Positions 16,680 to 26,081 of a DNA stretch of 64,000 nt are shown one piece after another; the first letter of the stretch is position 1; every line of letters starts with the position of its first letter. The position numbers were made by a program, and so were the translations under genes. The notes under the pieces were generated by a model. It made no database searches. It saw only the letters and a list, made by a program, of their open reading frames with translations, and was not told where the DNA came from. The DNA is taken from assembly GCA_947458095.1 (NCBI GenBank), contig CANGYO010000002.1, forward strand, positions 919 to 64,918, read 5' to 3'. Source of the DNA: Vampirovibrionales bacterium. GTDB lineage: Bacteria > Cyanobacteriota > Vampirovibrionia > Vampirovibrionales > JAJTHC01.

Positions 16680-18625
16680 GTGGTGTGAGCATCTAACACG
16701 TCATAGTGTAAGATAACCGCTTCATCGTCCAAGCTTTCTGGTGCAGATTGCTCATGTTCCTTATGACGAAACGCCTTATTGCGAACCTGCAATTGACCTT
16801 GTTGCTTGCGTCGTTGCCATTGGGCTAAACTTTCATTCACCATTTGAAGGAGTTGTGAAGAATTCAGCGTTTCGGCGTTCAACTGCTCCAGCAAGGCATC
16901 CTGCCCCATCAACACAGCTTCTAAGCCTTGTGAAAGTCCTACCTTATTTTGACGCTGAGCTTCATGCCACAAGTTCTGCACATGCACTTGGGCTTCAGTA
17001 AACGGAATAGCTTGGATTTGTTGCCATAGCCAACCGAGTGTTGGACTTTCCCACGCAAACCCCACGAGCGATTTTTGCAATCCGTAAAAAACAGACTCAT
17101 GCGAAAGGGCTAAACTCAACAGAGATTGCTCAATCATCGGCAAACTTTGCTGTTTTAAAAGCCCTTGACGCAAACGACTAAAATCTTCAGGAGGCATCTG
17201 CGTTTTAGACGTATAACGCTTATTTTTATCGTAAGGCTTATTGTATTTAGCCGAAGGCGTGTAAGTGGATTTCGGCATTTGCTTGCCTTCAAACAACGCT
17301 AAACTTTGACGCAAACTTTCTTCAGACAAATGCAAGCGTTCGGCGTATTTCGCCAACAACTGCGACCGTAAAATCGGATGCTTCACCTTCGACAGCAAAG
17401 GCAACAAGCGATTGCTCGCATCCAATTGCCCTTCGGCATGATGCGTATTCATGCCTTCAAGCACGCAATCTAAGCGAAAACTCAAGCCGTCAGGGGCATT
17501 TGTCATAAGGGTTTCAAACTCACTAAGCGAATGTGTCTTAAAATAATCATCGGGATCTTTCCCACTCGGAATGCTTAAGACCCGTATTTTAAGCGTTTGC
17601 CGTTGAATCCACGGATCCAAACGCTCCAACGCACTCAACGCGGCGTTACGTCCAGCGGAATCGCTGTCAAAGCACAGATAAAGCGTTTCCACCCCCGACT
17701 TGATCAATAAAGGGATATGGGCTTCGGTTAGAGCCGTGCCACACGTCGCGACCGCTTCTTCCAAACCTGCCATGTGAGACGCAATCACATCAAAATAGCC
17801 TTCCATAACCACGGCTCGTTTGCGTTTACGAATGGCGTCTTTCGCTTGAAATAAGCCGTAGAGAATCTGGCTTTTTTGATAAATCATCGATTCGCTGGAA
17901 TTGAGGTACTTGGGTTGTTGATCTTCCCCTAAAGCACGTCCCCCAAAGCCCACGATGTGACCCTTCAAGTCGTGAATCGGCACCATCAAACGATGGCGAA
18001 ACTTGTCGTAATAGCCCTTGCCGTTGTCTCGCACGGCTGCGACACTGGCACGCTCTAAAATGGAGGCATCCGTAGCGACATGGGGGCAAGCGGTATGTAG
18101 ATAGCTGGTGAGAGCCTCCCACGATTCAGGGGCATAGCCGAGCTGAAAGCGTTTGAGGGCATCCATTGAAGTACCCCGATTGCTTAGATAGTCACGAACC
18201 AGTGCCTGTTCAGGGGTTTGAATCTGCATGTGAAACCACTGCCCTGCGTTGTGAAGGACATCCCACAGGCGTTCACGCTCTTCGGTTTTTTGGACGTATT
18301 TGGCTTGATCTTCCGCACTATCGCTGTAGCGAATTTGAAAACCCATTTCTTCGGCTTGTTCACGAATGATTTCGCCATAGGTTTTATGTTCAATTTTCAT
18401 TAAAAAGCTAATGGCATCGCCACTTTCACCGCATCCAAAGCATTTGAAAAAGCCTTTTTCCGCCGAAACATTGAAAGACGGCGTGCGTTCATTGTGAAAG
18501 GGGCAAAGCCCTAGGTGGGAGCGCCCTCGTTTTTTGAGCGACACAAAACGCCCAATGGTGTCTAGCACATTGAGTTGTTGCTTGACTTGCTCAGCAGCGT
18601 CTTGGAAAGAAAGGGTTTGAGACAT
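16676..18625 (-). CDS. dnaG: DNA primase
   Basis: Zinc finger CPFHNERTPSF...CFGCGESGD; TOPRIM motifs MEGYFDV and CFDSDSAG. Confidence 0.95.
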   Translation of the reverse strand: MSQTLSFQDAAEQVKQQLNVLDTIGRFVSLKKRGRSHLGLCPFHNERTPSFNVSAEKGFFKCFGCGESGDAISFLMKIEHKTYGEIIREQAEEMGFQIRYSDSAEDQAKYVQKTEERERLWDVLHNAGQWFHMQIQTPEQALVRDYLSNRGTSMDALKRFQLGYAPESWEALTSYLHTACPHVATDASILERASVAAVRDNGKGYYDKFRHRLMVPIHDLKGHIVGFGGRALGEDQQPKYLNSSESMIYQKSQILYGLFQAKDAIRKRKRAVVMEGYFDVIASHMAGLEEAVATCGTALTEAHIPLLIKSGVETLYLCFDSDSAGRNAALSALERLDPWIQRQTLKIRVLSIPSGKDPDDYFKTHSLSEFETLMTNAPDGLSFRLDCVLEGMNTHHAEGQLDASNRLLPLLSKVKHPILRSQLLAKYAERLHLSEESLRQSLALFEGKQMPKSTYTPSAKYNKPYDKNKRYTSKTQMPPEDFSRLRQGLLKQQSLPMIEQSLLSLALSHESVFYGLQKSLVGFAWESPTLGWLWQQIQAIPFTEAQVHVQNLWHEAQRQNKVGLSQGLEAVLMGQDALLEQLNAETLNSSQLLQMVNESLAQWQRRKQQGQLQVRNKAFRHKEHEQSAPESLDDEAVILHYDVLDAHTT

Positions 18626-18956
18626 AAGCGTCCTTGAAAATTTTGCAGAACCTATTCTATAGAATTATAGTATAAAAATCTTAAAATAAGAAGTAGTCGC
18701 CTTTTTTGTACTTTATGTTATGATAATTTTCCGAGTGATTTGTGAAAAAGGTCTCGTCAAGCAAAATAAATCGCTAGAATTGTAAAGAAATTTACATGAA
18801 TAAACGCCACACTAGCACAAGATGAGATTGAGGCTCTTTTAAGCAGACATAAGAGGCAAGAGATACAATCTCTTAATGATAAACGCCTTTATGGGCAGCG
18901 TGTGTTGCCTGCTGTCTATAATTTCCCCCTCAAAATTAAAAGGATGTACGCTTTCT

Positions 18957-20006
18957 ATGATGAAACGACGATCTACCAAAAGTGATGATGCCCTCATTGA
19001 TCTCATCGACCGTTCCGAACGTAGCACGCATGACGATGTTGGTCTTGATGATTTTATGAAAGACGAGAGTGCGGCTCTCTTCAATCACGGCAACCCTGTT
19101 GTGATTAACAGCATGCTAGCGAATACCGATGATGACACCGTAGACTTTTCCGCCGACACCAAAGGCGTCGTCGTGGACGACCCTGTTCGTATGTACCTGC
19201 GTGAAATTGGGCGTATTAACCTGCTCACCGCAGACGAAGAAATCGAGTTTGCCCGAAAAATCGCCGAAGGGGGCGAAGGGGGCTTGCGAGCCAAAAAAAA
19301 GCTGGTGCAAGCCAACTTGCGTTTGGTTGTTTCAATCGCCAAAAAATATGTGGGACGAGGCATGCTGTTCTTGGATCTCATTCAAGAAGGGAACTTGGGC
19401 TTAATTCGTGCCGCTGAAAAGTTTGATCATGAACGGGGCTATAAGTTTTCAACGTATGCCACATGGTGGATCCGTCAAGCGATTACCCGAGCCATTGCGG
19501 ATCAAGCCCGCACCATTCGTATTCCTGTTCACATGGTGGAAACGATTAACAAATTACGCAAAAAAACCCGTCAACTGGCGCAAGAATTGGGTCGTAAGCC
19601 GAGTGAAGAAGAGCTTGCGGCGAGCATGACGATTTCGATTAATAAGTTGCGTGAAATTATTAAAGTCGCTCAAGAACCGTTGTCGCTTGAAACACCGATT
19701 GGCAAAGAAGAAGATTCTCGCTTGGGTGATTTCATTGAAGATCGTGAAGCGGAAGCCCCTGCTCAAAGTGTGGCTCACGAATTGTTGCGTGAAGATTTGA
19801 CCGAAGTCTTGGCAGGGCTTTCCTTGCGTGAGCGAGATGTGTTGCGTCTGCGGTTTGGGCTGGATGACGGTCGTCAACGCACGCTTGAAGAAGTGGGGCA
19901 GTTGTTTGGCGTGACCCGTGAACGTATTCGTCAGATTGAAGCCAAAGCCTTGCGAAAATTGCGTCACCCTAACCGTAGCCGTCGCTTGCGGGAATACATT
20001 GAGTAA
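18957..20006 (+). CDS. rpoD: primary-type RNA polymerase sigma factor
   Basis: Regions 2-4 present: [53 protein letters not shown] at 18957 follows AAAGGA; the ORF-track start 18876 adds an implausible Cys-rich leader. Confidence 0.93.
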   Translation: MMKRRSTKSDDALIDLIDRSERSTHDDVGLDDFMKDESAALFNHGNPVVINSMLANTDDDTVDFSADTKGVVVDDPVRMYLREIGRINLLTADEEIEFARKIAEGGEGGLRAKKKLVQANLRLVVSIAKKYVGRGMLFLDLIQEGNLGLIRAAEKFDHERGYKFSTYATWWIRQAITRAIADQARTIRIPVHMVETINKLRKKTRQLAQELGRKPSEEELAASMTISINKLREIIKVAQEPLSLETPIGKEEDSRLGDFIEDREAEAPAQSVAHELLREDLTEVLAGLSLRERDVLRLRFGLDDGRQRTLEEVGQLFGVTRERIRQIEAKALRKLRHPNRSRRLREYIE

Positions 20007-20017
20007 ATTGTAAAATA

Positions 20018-20052
20018 CCTAAGCCCTTCGGGGCTTAGGTGATCGTTTTTTT
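20018..20052 (+). terminator. rho-independent terminator
   Basis: CCTAAGCCC-TTCG-GGGCTTAGG followed by a T7 run. Confidence 0.8.
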
Positions 20053-20100
20053 AGATGTTTCTTTTTTCTCTCTATCGCCTTCAATTTCAAGGAAATGCAT

Positions 20101-20970
20101 ATGCCTATTACACGATTCTCTCACGTCTTACCCCCTAAAAGCCACTTGCACCAAGAAGAGGATGCCTCTGCTCAAGAGGTCTCTGCTCAAGAACGGGTTC
20201 ATCCAAGTAATCAGCCTTCCGAAGAAGAAACACTCTTGGTTTATATTGAAACGCCTTCACCTGCCATACAACCAAATGTCGCCCTCAATCAAGCCTTGAA
20301 TCAACGAGAAGCCACACAAACAGGCAAGCATTGCTCAGGAGCGGATGTGTTTTTGTCTGCACAGGTGGGCAATCCTCAAAAAGCAAAAGAAAGAGCAAAA
20401 GAACAAGGCTTTGCGGTCGCTTTAATTAATGGGTTTCTTGGTGTGGGACTTGGTACCCTTGTTGAAACGGTGTTTCAAACCCTTGTTAATAAGCACGATT
20501 TTCAGAAGCTTAGTGCCGAAGCCCATAGCCATACGGCGTTAGCCTCTTTAGCGAACGAATCAGAAAAAAATGGGTTATGGGGTAAAATCAACACCGCTTT
20601 AGGTGAAAAAGCCATTTCCAATGAAGCCAAACAAGTTTTGACGAGTATCCAAGACAAGCCCAGTCCGTCCGTCGCTGATTTACATCATGCCTTGGCTGGC
20701 GTTAAGCATCTTCAAGCACGTGAAGCCCTAGAAAGTACGGCATTCAAATCGAAATGGTTTTCTCCTGTTCTAGGCTTGATTGCCGCCACATCGGTATTGT
20801 ATACGACGTATCGTTATTTGCCAGAAGCGGAAAAGCACCAAGTCCAGATCAATCGACGCAACCGAGCCATTTTAAATCAAGCAGGGCGGGACATTACCGT
20901 GCGTCAAGCCAAAGAACATTTCCCTGAATACTTTAGCCCCTTAGGGGATATAGTGGCTTATACCCATTAA
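20101..20970 (+). CDS. hypothetical membrane protein
   Basis: 289 aa from ATG 20101 (RBS AAGGA; 20095 is the alternative start), with two hydrophobic segments. The last three codons and the stop lie inside the TIR element. Confidence 0.5.
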   Translation: MPITRFSHVLPPKSHLHQEEDASAQEVSAQERVHPSNQPSEEETLLVYIETPSPAIQPNVALNQALNQREATQTGKHCSGADVFLSAQVGNPQKAKERAKEQGFAVALINGFLGVGLGTLVETVFQTLVNKHDFQKLSAEAHSHTALASLANESEKNGLWGKINTALGEKAISNEAKQVLTSIQDKPSPSVADLHHALAGVKHLQAREALESTAFKSKWFSPVLGLIAATSVLYTTYRYLPEAEKHQVQINRRNRAILNQAGRDITVRQAKEHFPEYFSPLGDIVAYTH

Positions 20971-21105
20971 ACGATTAAATAGCGTCTGGCGTCTTCGTTG
21001 TCGCTCGGGTTCTCGATGTGCTTATGGTCGTCTAGGTACACCTCACACATCTGCGAGTCTAGACTCCTAAAATTCAGCTAGTCGCTTTTCAATCGTTTAA
21101 TGGGT
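20961..21105. mobile_element. TIR element (MITE-like), TTA target duplication
   Basis: TIRs TACCCATTAAACGA / TCGTTTAATGGGT. Flanked by TTA at 20958-20960 and 21106-21108. Confidence 0.8.
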
Positions 21106-21115
21106 TTAGGCTTGG

Positions 21116-21945
21116 ACAATCGTGGACTTTTGAGGTGAAGGCTTTTTGTCAGACGCGGGCTTCCGTTTACGACGCTCAATCGGGTTCAACGTCGTATGAT
21201 GCTTCTTTTCCCACCACGCCACCGCAGGCGCCCATAAAAAAAGTCCAACCCCCTTGCCATCTCCTTGTCTTCACGTTTGGTGTAGCCACTGTCACCAAAT
21301 AGGGCTTTTTCTTCACCATGCATGAGATAATCAAGGGCGTTAATATCCGCTTCTTTGGCGGTGGTAAATGCCACCGAATGAATGATTGGCTTGCCGTTGG
21401 CTTGAACCCCAATATGACCTTTCGCCCCAAAATGCCACTTGTTGTTCTTTTTGGTGGAACTCATTTCAGGGTCACGAGCCTTGGCTTCGTTTTTCTTGCT
21501 AATCGGGGCATCGAGCAAGGTGGCATCGACAATCGTTCCACTCTTCAACACCAAGCCTTTACGGTCTAAGTGGTCGTTGACGGTCTTAAAAAGGACGTCA
21601 GCGAGCTGATTTTCTTCAAGAAAGTGGCGAAAGCGACAGATGGCGGTTTCGTCGGGGGGAATCATGGTAAAACCATCTAAGCCGATGAATTGTTGAAAGC
21701 TGGTACGGTCATAGAGGGCTTCTTCCATGGCGGGGTCGCTGAGATTGTACCACAGTTGCAGGAAATGAATGCGTAGCATGCGTTCAAGTGGGTGTGGGGG
21801 GGCGTCCGCCTTCGCCTGTTTTATAGTAGGGCTTTAGGGCGTTAAGGATTTCGTGCCAAGGAATGGCGTCTTCCATTTCCTTGAGGAAGGCGACGACACG
21901 GAGCTGTTTTTTCATATGTAGATCTCTCAGGCTAGACTGTTTCAT
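21116..21945 (-). pseudogene. IS5-family transposase, frameshifted and 3'-truncated
   Basis: N-terminus MKQSSLRDLHMKKQLRVVAFLKEMEDAIPWHEILNALKPYYKTGEGGRPP runs into a stop. One base fewer in the 7-nt G run (21796-21802) would join it to ...HPLERMLRIHFLQLWYNLSDPAMEEALYD (ORF 21186..21779). The C-terminal third is broken or absent. Confidence 0.8.
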
Positions 21946-22095
21946 GGCTTTATTCTACCAAAAACATCCCCCTTTTGCAGAGACTTCTATAGGCATACTT
22001 TAGCAAAACAATTGTTACATTTCTTCACGAATGACGTGACAGTGTGTTTTTGCTAAAATAAAAAGATACCCTTATACTTGGAAGGAACCTTTGCG

Positions 22096-23370
22096 ATGTC
22101 TTCATTATCTCACCTTGCGTCGGTTGATCCTGAAATTTACGCCATTACCCAAGCCGAACTCACACGCCAGCAATCGACCCTTGAAATGATCGCCAGCGAA
22201 AACTTCACCAGCTTGGCGGTGATGGAAGCTTGTGGAACGGTACTCACCAATAAATACGCCGAAGGGCAACCTGCTAAACGCTACTACGCAGGCTGTGAAA
22301 TCGTCGACAAAGCCGAAAATCTCGCCATTGAACGAGCCAAGCAACTCTTCGGTGCCTTTCATGTCAACGTGCAACCGCATAGCGGTGCGCAAGCCAATAT
22401 GGCCGCCTTTATGGCCGCAGGCTTAAAAGCAGGCGACACCATTATGGGCATGGATTTGTCGCATGGTGGGCATTTGACGCATGGTTCCCCTGTGAACTTT
22501 TCAGGTATGTACTACAACGTCGTCTCTTACGGCGTGGATGCTCAAACCGAACGCCTCAATTACGACGAAATCCGTCGTTTGGCGATTGAACATCAGCCCA
22601 AGCTGATTATTTGCGGTACCAGTGCCTACCCTAGAAGCATCGATTTTGCTCGCTTTCGTGCCATCGCCGATGAAGTGGGTGCCATTGTGCTTGCGGATAT
22701 TTCCCATATTTCAGGGCTTGTGGTGGCAGGCATTCATCCGAGTCCCTTCCCTCATTGCCATTTGGTGACCACCACCACGCATAAAACCTTGCGTGGCCCT
22801 CGTGGCGGTATTATCATGTCCGCTGACGAAACCTTCGCCAAAGCGATTGACAAAGCGACGTTTCCTGGTATTCAGGGGGGTCCGTTGATGCACATCATCG
22901 CCGCAAAAGCGGTTGCCTTTAAAGAAGCCTTGAGTCCTGACTTTAAGCAATATGCTCAGCATGTGGCGGAAAATGCTCAGATTTTAGCCAGTACCTTGCA
23001 AGAACGTGGTGTTAAAATCACCACAGGCGGGACGGATACCCACTTACTTGTGATTGACTTTACGCCTCAAGACAAAACAGGCAAAGAAATGCAACAGCTC
23101 TTTGAAGAGATTGGGGTCACGGCCAATAAAAACACCGTGCCGAATGACACACGCAGTCCCTTTGTCACCAGTGGGGTCAGACTCGGCACACCAGCCTTGA
23201 CCACTCGCGGCTTTGATGCCCCTGCGATGAAGGCGTTGGCTCACATTTTGGCGGATGCCATTCTGCTGGAAAACCCTCCCCTTGCAGAACTAAAAGCTCG
23301 CATTGAAGCTCTAGGCGAAGCATTCCCCTTGTATCCAGATTTGATCGCTAAAAGTGAAGTGACCGTCTAG
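22096..23370 (+). CDS. glyA: serine hydroxymethyltransferase
   Basis: PLP-lysine motif [17 protein letters not shown] at 22096 follows GGAAGGA. Confidence 0.97.
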   Translation: MSSLSHLASVDPEIYAITQAELTRQQSTLEMIASENFTSLAVMEACGTVLTNKYAEGQPAKRYYAGCEIVDKAENLAIERAKQLFGAFHVNVQPHSGAQANMAAFMAAGLKAGDTIMGMDLSHGGHLTHGSPVNFSGMYYNVVSYGVDAQTERLNYDEIRRLAIEHQPKLIICGTSAYPRSIDFARFRAIADEVGAIVLADISHISGLVVAGIHPSPFPHCHLVTTTTHKTLRGPRGGIIMSADETFAKAIDKATFPGIQGGPLMHIIAAKAVAFKEALSPDFKQYAQHVAENAQILASTLQERGVKITTGGTDTHLLVIDFTPQDKTGKEMQQLFEEIGVTANKNTVPNDTRSPFVTSGVRLGTPALTTRGFDAPAMKALAHILADAILLENPPLAELKARIEALGEAFPLYPDLIAKSEVTV

Positions 23371-23428
23371 TTTAACCTGACGGATTCACACAAATGTTGT
23401 TGAGACAAAGAAAGAAGGATGCCCTTAT

Positions 23429-24517
23429 ATGATTCCCCTTTCCCCTGAATTGAACCTTGATTTAGGACTTGGCTTTGGTGCTTCTTTGTTAGCGTCCTTG
23501 TTATTGGTGCCTTTAGTGGCTCGATATGCCCTAAAAGCAGGCTTGTTCGATGCACCAGGTGAGCGAAAAATCCACCAAACCCCCATCCCTCGCTTGGGAG
23601 GCATCGCCATTTTTGCAAGTTTTCTCATCGCACTAGGGGCTGTGGGTGTGTTTGGGCATAGTCCTGCCACGTTTTTAATCGAAAAAGGCAATTTGGGACT
23701 TATTGCAGGGGGAACGCTGATTTTCTTATTGGGATTGCTGGACGATCTCTTCAATCTTTCGCCTTATGTGAAATTGGCGGGTCAATTTCTCGCTGCTTTT
23801 GTCGCCTTTGGCATGGGTGTTTCCATTGAAGCCCTTGATTTACCGGGGAGTTTATTGCTCGTCCTAAACGCTTTAAGTCTGCCCTTAACCCTTATGTGGA
23901 TGGTCGGAATCTCCAACGCCGTCAACTTCATCGATGGTGTGGACGGCTTGGCTGGAGGCGTCGGCATGTTTGCCGCCTTGACGTTGGCAGTCGTCGCTAT
24001 TTTTACAGGTCAACCCCAAGTGGCTTTATTAGCCTTGATTTTATGTGCGTCTTGCCTAGGGTTTTTGGTCTATAACTTACATCCTGCTCGCATTTTTATG
24101 GGCGATAGCGGTGCCTTATTTATAGGCTTTACGCTCGCTTGCTTGAGCGTTTTGGGCGTTTTTAAGATGTATACGGTCGTCATGCTCGCCCCGATCTTGG
24201 TCTTGTGCATACCAGTCTTGGATATTACCTATTCCACCTTCCGCCGTCTATTATTGGGACGCAACCCTTTCATCGCCGACGGAGAACACTTGCATCACCG
24301 CTTGCTCAAAGCAGGGTTGTCTCAGCCCAAGGTCGTCAGCGTTTTTTATGCCTTGTCGATTTTAAGCGGTTTGGTGGTGGCGTACTATATTCATTCGTTA
24401 GGCTTGTATTTGAAGTTTGTGGGGGTTTTAAATCTCATTGCTTTTGCATTGGTTGCCGTACTTCGACATAAAGAAATCTTCTTCAAGCCCAAAGCCAACG
24501 AGGCGGATGCTTCATGA
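23429..24517 (+). CDS. glycosyltransferase family 4 (WecA/MraY-type polyprenyl-phosphate sugar-phosphate transferase)
   Basis: Multi-pass membrane protein with the NAVNFIDGVDGLAGG motif. Confidence 0.85.
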   Translation: MIPLSPELNLDLGLGFGASLLASLLLVPLVARYALKAGLFDAPGERKIHQTPIPRLGGIAIFASFLIALGAVGVFGHSPATFLIEKGNLGLIAGGTLIFLLGLLDDLFNLSPYVKLAGQFLAAFVAFGMGVSIEALDLPGSLLLVLNALSLPLTLMWMVGISNAVNFIDGVDGLAGGVGMFAALTLAVVAIFTGQPQVALLALILCASCLGFLVYNLHPARIFMGDSGALFIGFTLACLSVLGVFKMYTVVMLAPILVLCIPVLDITYSTFRRLLLGRNPFIADGEHLHHRLLKAGLSQPKVVSVFYALSILSGLVVAYYIHSLGLYLKFVGVLNLIAFALVAVLRHKEIFFKPKANEADAS

Positions 24518-26013
24518 GGCAAGGGCGTTGGCGCTTTTTGGAAAAAACTCCCTTAGCATGGCTTTTTGGGTCTAAGTCACGCCAAGGCGGACGCCGTAAA
24601 CCCTGGCAACGGGCGTGGTGGAAGGAACCAAAATGGCAGGTCGTCAGTATTTTAGGGACGGCCGTGTTGCTTTCAGGCTTGGTTTTTTCAGGCGTTTTAC
24701 TCTTGGATGCGTCCAATTCGCAAGATCACCTTCAGCAAGCCAAGCAATTTATGGAAGAAGGCAAGGTGGCTTGGGCGGCGAAGGATCTGGAAACTTTGAC
24801 GGAAGAGCATCCCGATTTGTATGAAGCGTGGATCGATTTGGGGCAATGTTATTTAGAGCTAAATGAACTCGAAAAGGCGGAAGCGGCTTTTGAAGCCGCC
24901 ATGGCGATTCGCACCAAGCAGAAGGGTGTGGATTATCACAGTCAAGATGTCTTGACCATTTTAGCCGAATCCAAATTATTACGGCTTCAGCATCGCTACA
25001 AAGAAGCCGAAGGCTTGCTTTTACGCACCTATGAAACGCACCCCAGCAATCGGGATTTGAAACACGCCTTGTGGGATGTTTACTATCAGTGGGGCTTGTG
25101 GCGTTTGGAACATGATGCCGATCCGTTAAAAGCCCTTGCCGTGCTTGAAAATGCACAGGCTTTTGTCACTCGCTATCGTTATGATGTCAAATTGCAAGAC
25201 GCCATTGAAGTGGCGGTGAACCGTCAATACCAGCGTTTAACAGACACGGAAGCCTCTCTCAAAGAACGCCGTCGCTTTTTGGCTCATGCCTTGAACAAGC
25301 ATTATAGCCATACCTTACTCGCCAAGCTTGCACAGGTGGAAGCCGATGACAAGCATCCGCAGGAGGCTTTGCTTTACCTGCAACAGGCGTATACTTTGAT
25401 GCCTCGCTTGTATGCCTTGCGTTATGCCAAGGCTGTAGAAGATGCCTTGAAAGAGGCGTTAATTCAAGGCAATCAGCGTCAAGCACGAAGCTTAAAAGCC
25501 CGTTTAGAACGACTTCAGCGTCAGATTAAAGTGCAAAAAACGCATTTGCCCTATTCGGTTTCAGTGGCTGTCACGAATTTAGGCGTCAAGGCATTGAACC
25601 CAAAAACAGGGGAATGGTCGCCGAAGGTGAGTGTGCGTCTGCAAAACAAGGGGGCTTCTGAACTGCCTTTTACGAAAGTGAAGTTGCATTTATTTTCAGG
25701 AAAACATACCTTAGATACCTATTATGAACGTTTAAAAACGCCTTTGACGCCCATTAAATCGGTGGGAAGTACGCAGGTCATCCACTTGAGTGATGAGCGT
25801 CATTACATGGTGCAACGTTTAGATCAGGGACGTTTAAGCTTGGAAGTCTTCATTGCCTTTGACGAAAGCAAGGATGCCCAATGGTACCCAGTGGGACGTT
25901 TTACCAAGACGGTGATCGATACGAAACGCTTTGAAGGGCAACGCTTTCCGTGGGAACAGGGATCTAAGGCGTCTTCCAAAGCCCCCCGTACTTTACCAAC
26001 GAAAACCATTTAA
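24514..26013 (+). CDS. membrane-anchored TPR-repeat protein
   Basis: ATGA start/stop overlap with the previous gene. One TM segment (VVSILGTAVLLSGLVFSGVLLL) followed by TPR-like helical repeats. Confidence 0.7.
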   Translation: MRQGRWRFLEKTPLAWLFGSKSRQGGRRKPWQRAWWKEPKWQVVSILGTAVLLSGLVFSGVLLLDASNSQDHLQQAKQFMEEGKVAWAAKDLETLTEEHPDLYEAWIDLGQCYLELNELEKAEAAFEAAMAIRTKQKGVDYHSQDVLTILAESKLLRLQHRYKEAEGLLLRTYETHPSNRDLKHALWDVYYQWGLWRLEHDADPLKALAVLENAQAFVTRYRYDVKLQDAIEVAVNRQYQRLTDTEASLKERRRFLAHALNKHYSHTLLAKLAQVEADDKHPQEALLYLQQAYTLMPRLYALRYAKAVEDALKEALIQGNQRQARSLKARLERLQRQIKVQKTHLPYSVSVAVTNLGVKALNPKTGEWSPKVSVRLQNKGASELPFTKVKLHLFSGKHTLDTYYERLKTPLTPIKSVGSTQVIHLSDERHYMVQRLDQGRLSLEVFIAFDESKDAQWYPVGRFTKTVIDTKRFEGQRFPWEQGSKASSKAPRTLPTKTI

Positions 26014-26038
26014 GCCCAATGAAACGATTCAAAGTGGT

Positions 26039-26069
26039 GAGGAGAAGCGACAAACGTTTCTCCTCTTTT
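26039..26069. terminator. hairpin terminator between convergent genes
   Basis: GAGGAGAA-loop-TTCTCCTC followed by TTTT. Confidence 0.6.
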
Positions 26070-26081
26070 CACTTGTAAAAA

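Noticed and set aside
18876-18956. Upstream start of rpoD
   Set aside because: It adds a Cys/Leu-rich 27-aa peptide with no sigma-factor counterpart. ATG 18957 has a proper RBS.
21796-21802. Programmed frameshift in the IS5-family transposase
   Set aside because: The gene is also broken and truncated near its 3' end and lacks recognisable termini, so decay is the simpler reading.
21999-22057. Inverted repeat TTTAGCAAAAC...GTTTTTGCTAAA upstream of glyA, considered as a riboswitch or attenuator
   Set aside because: The stem has an extra base and a ~36-nt loop. It bears no resemblance to THF or glycine riboswitch cores, so it cannot be supported without folding or conservation data.
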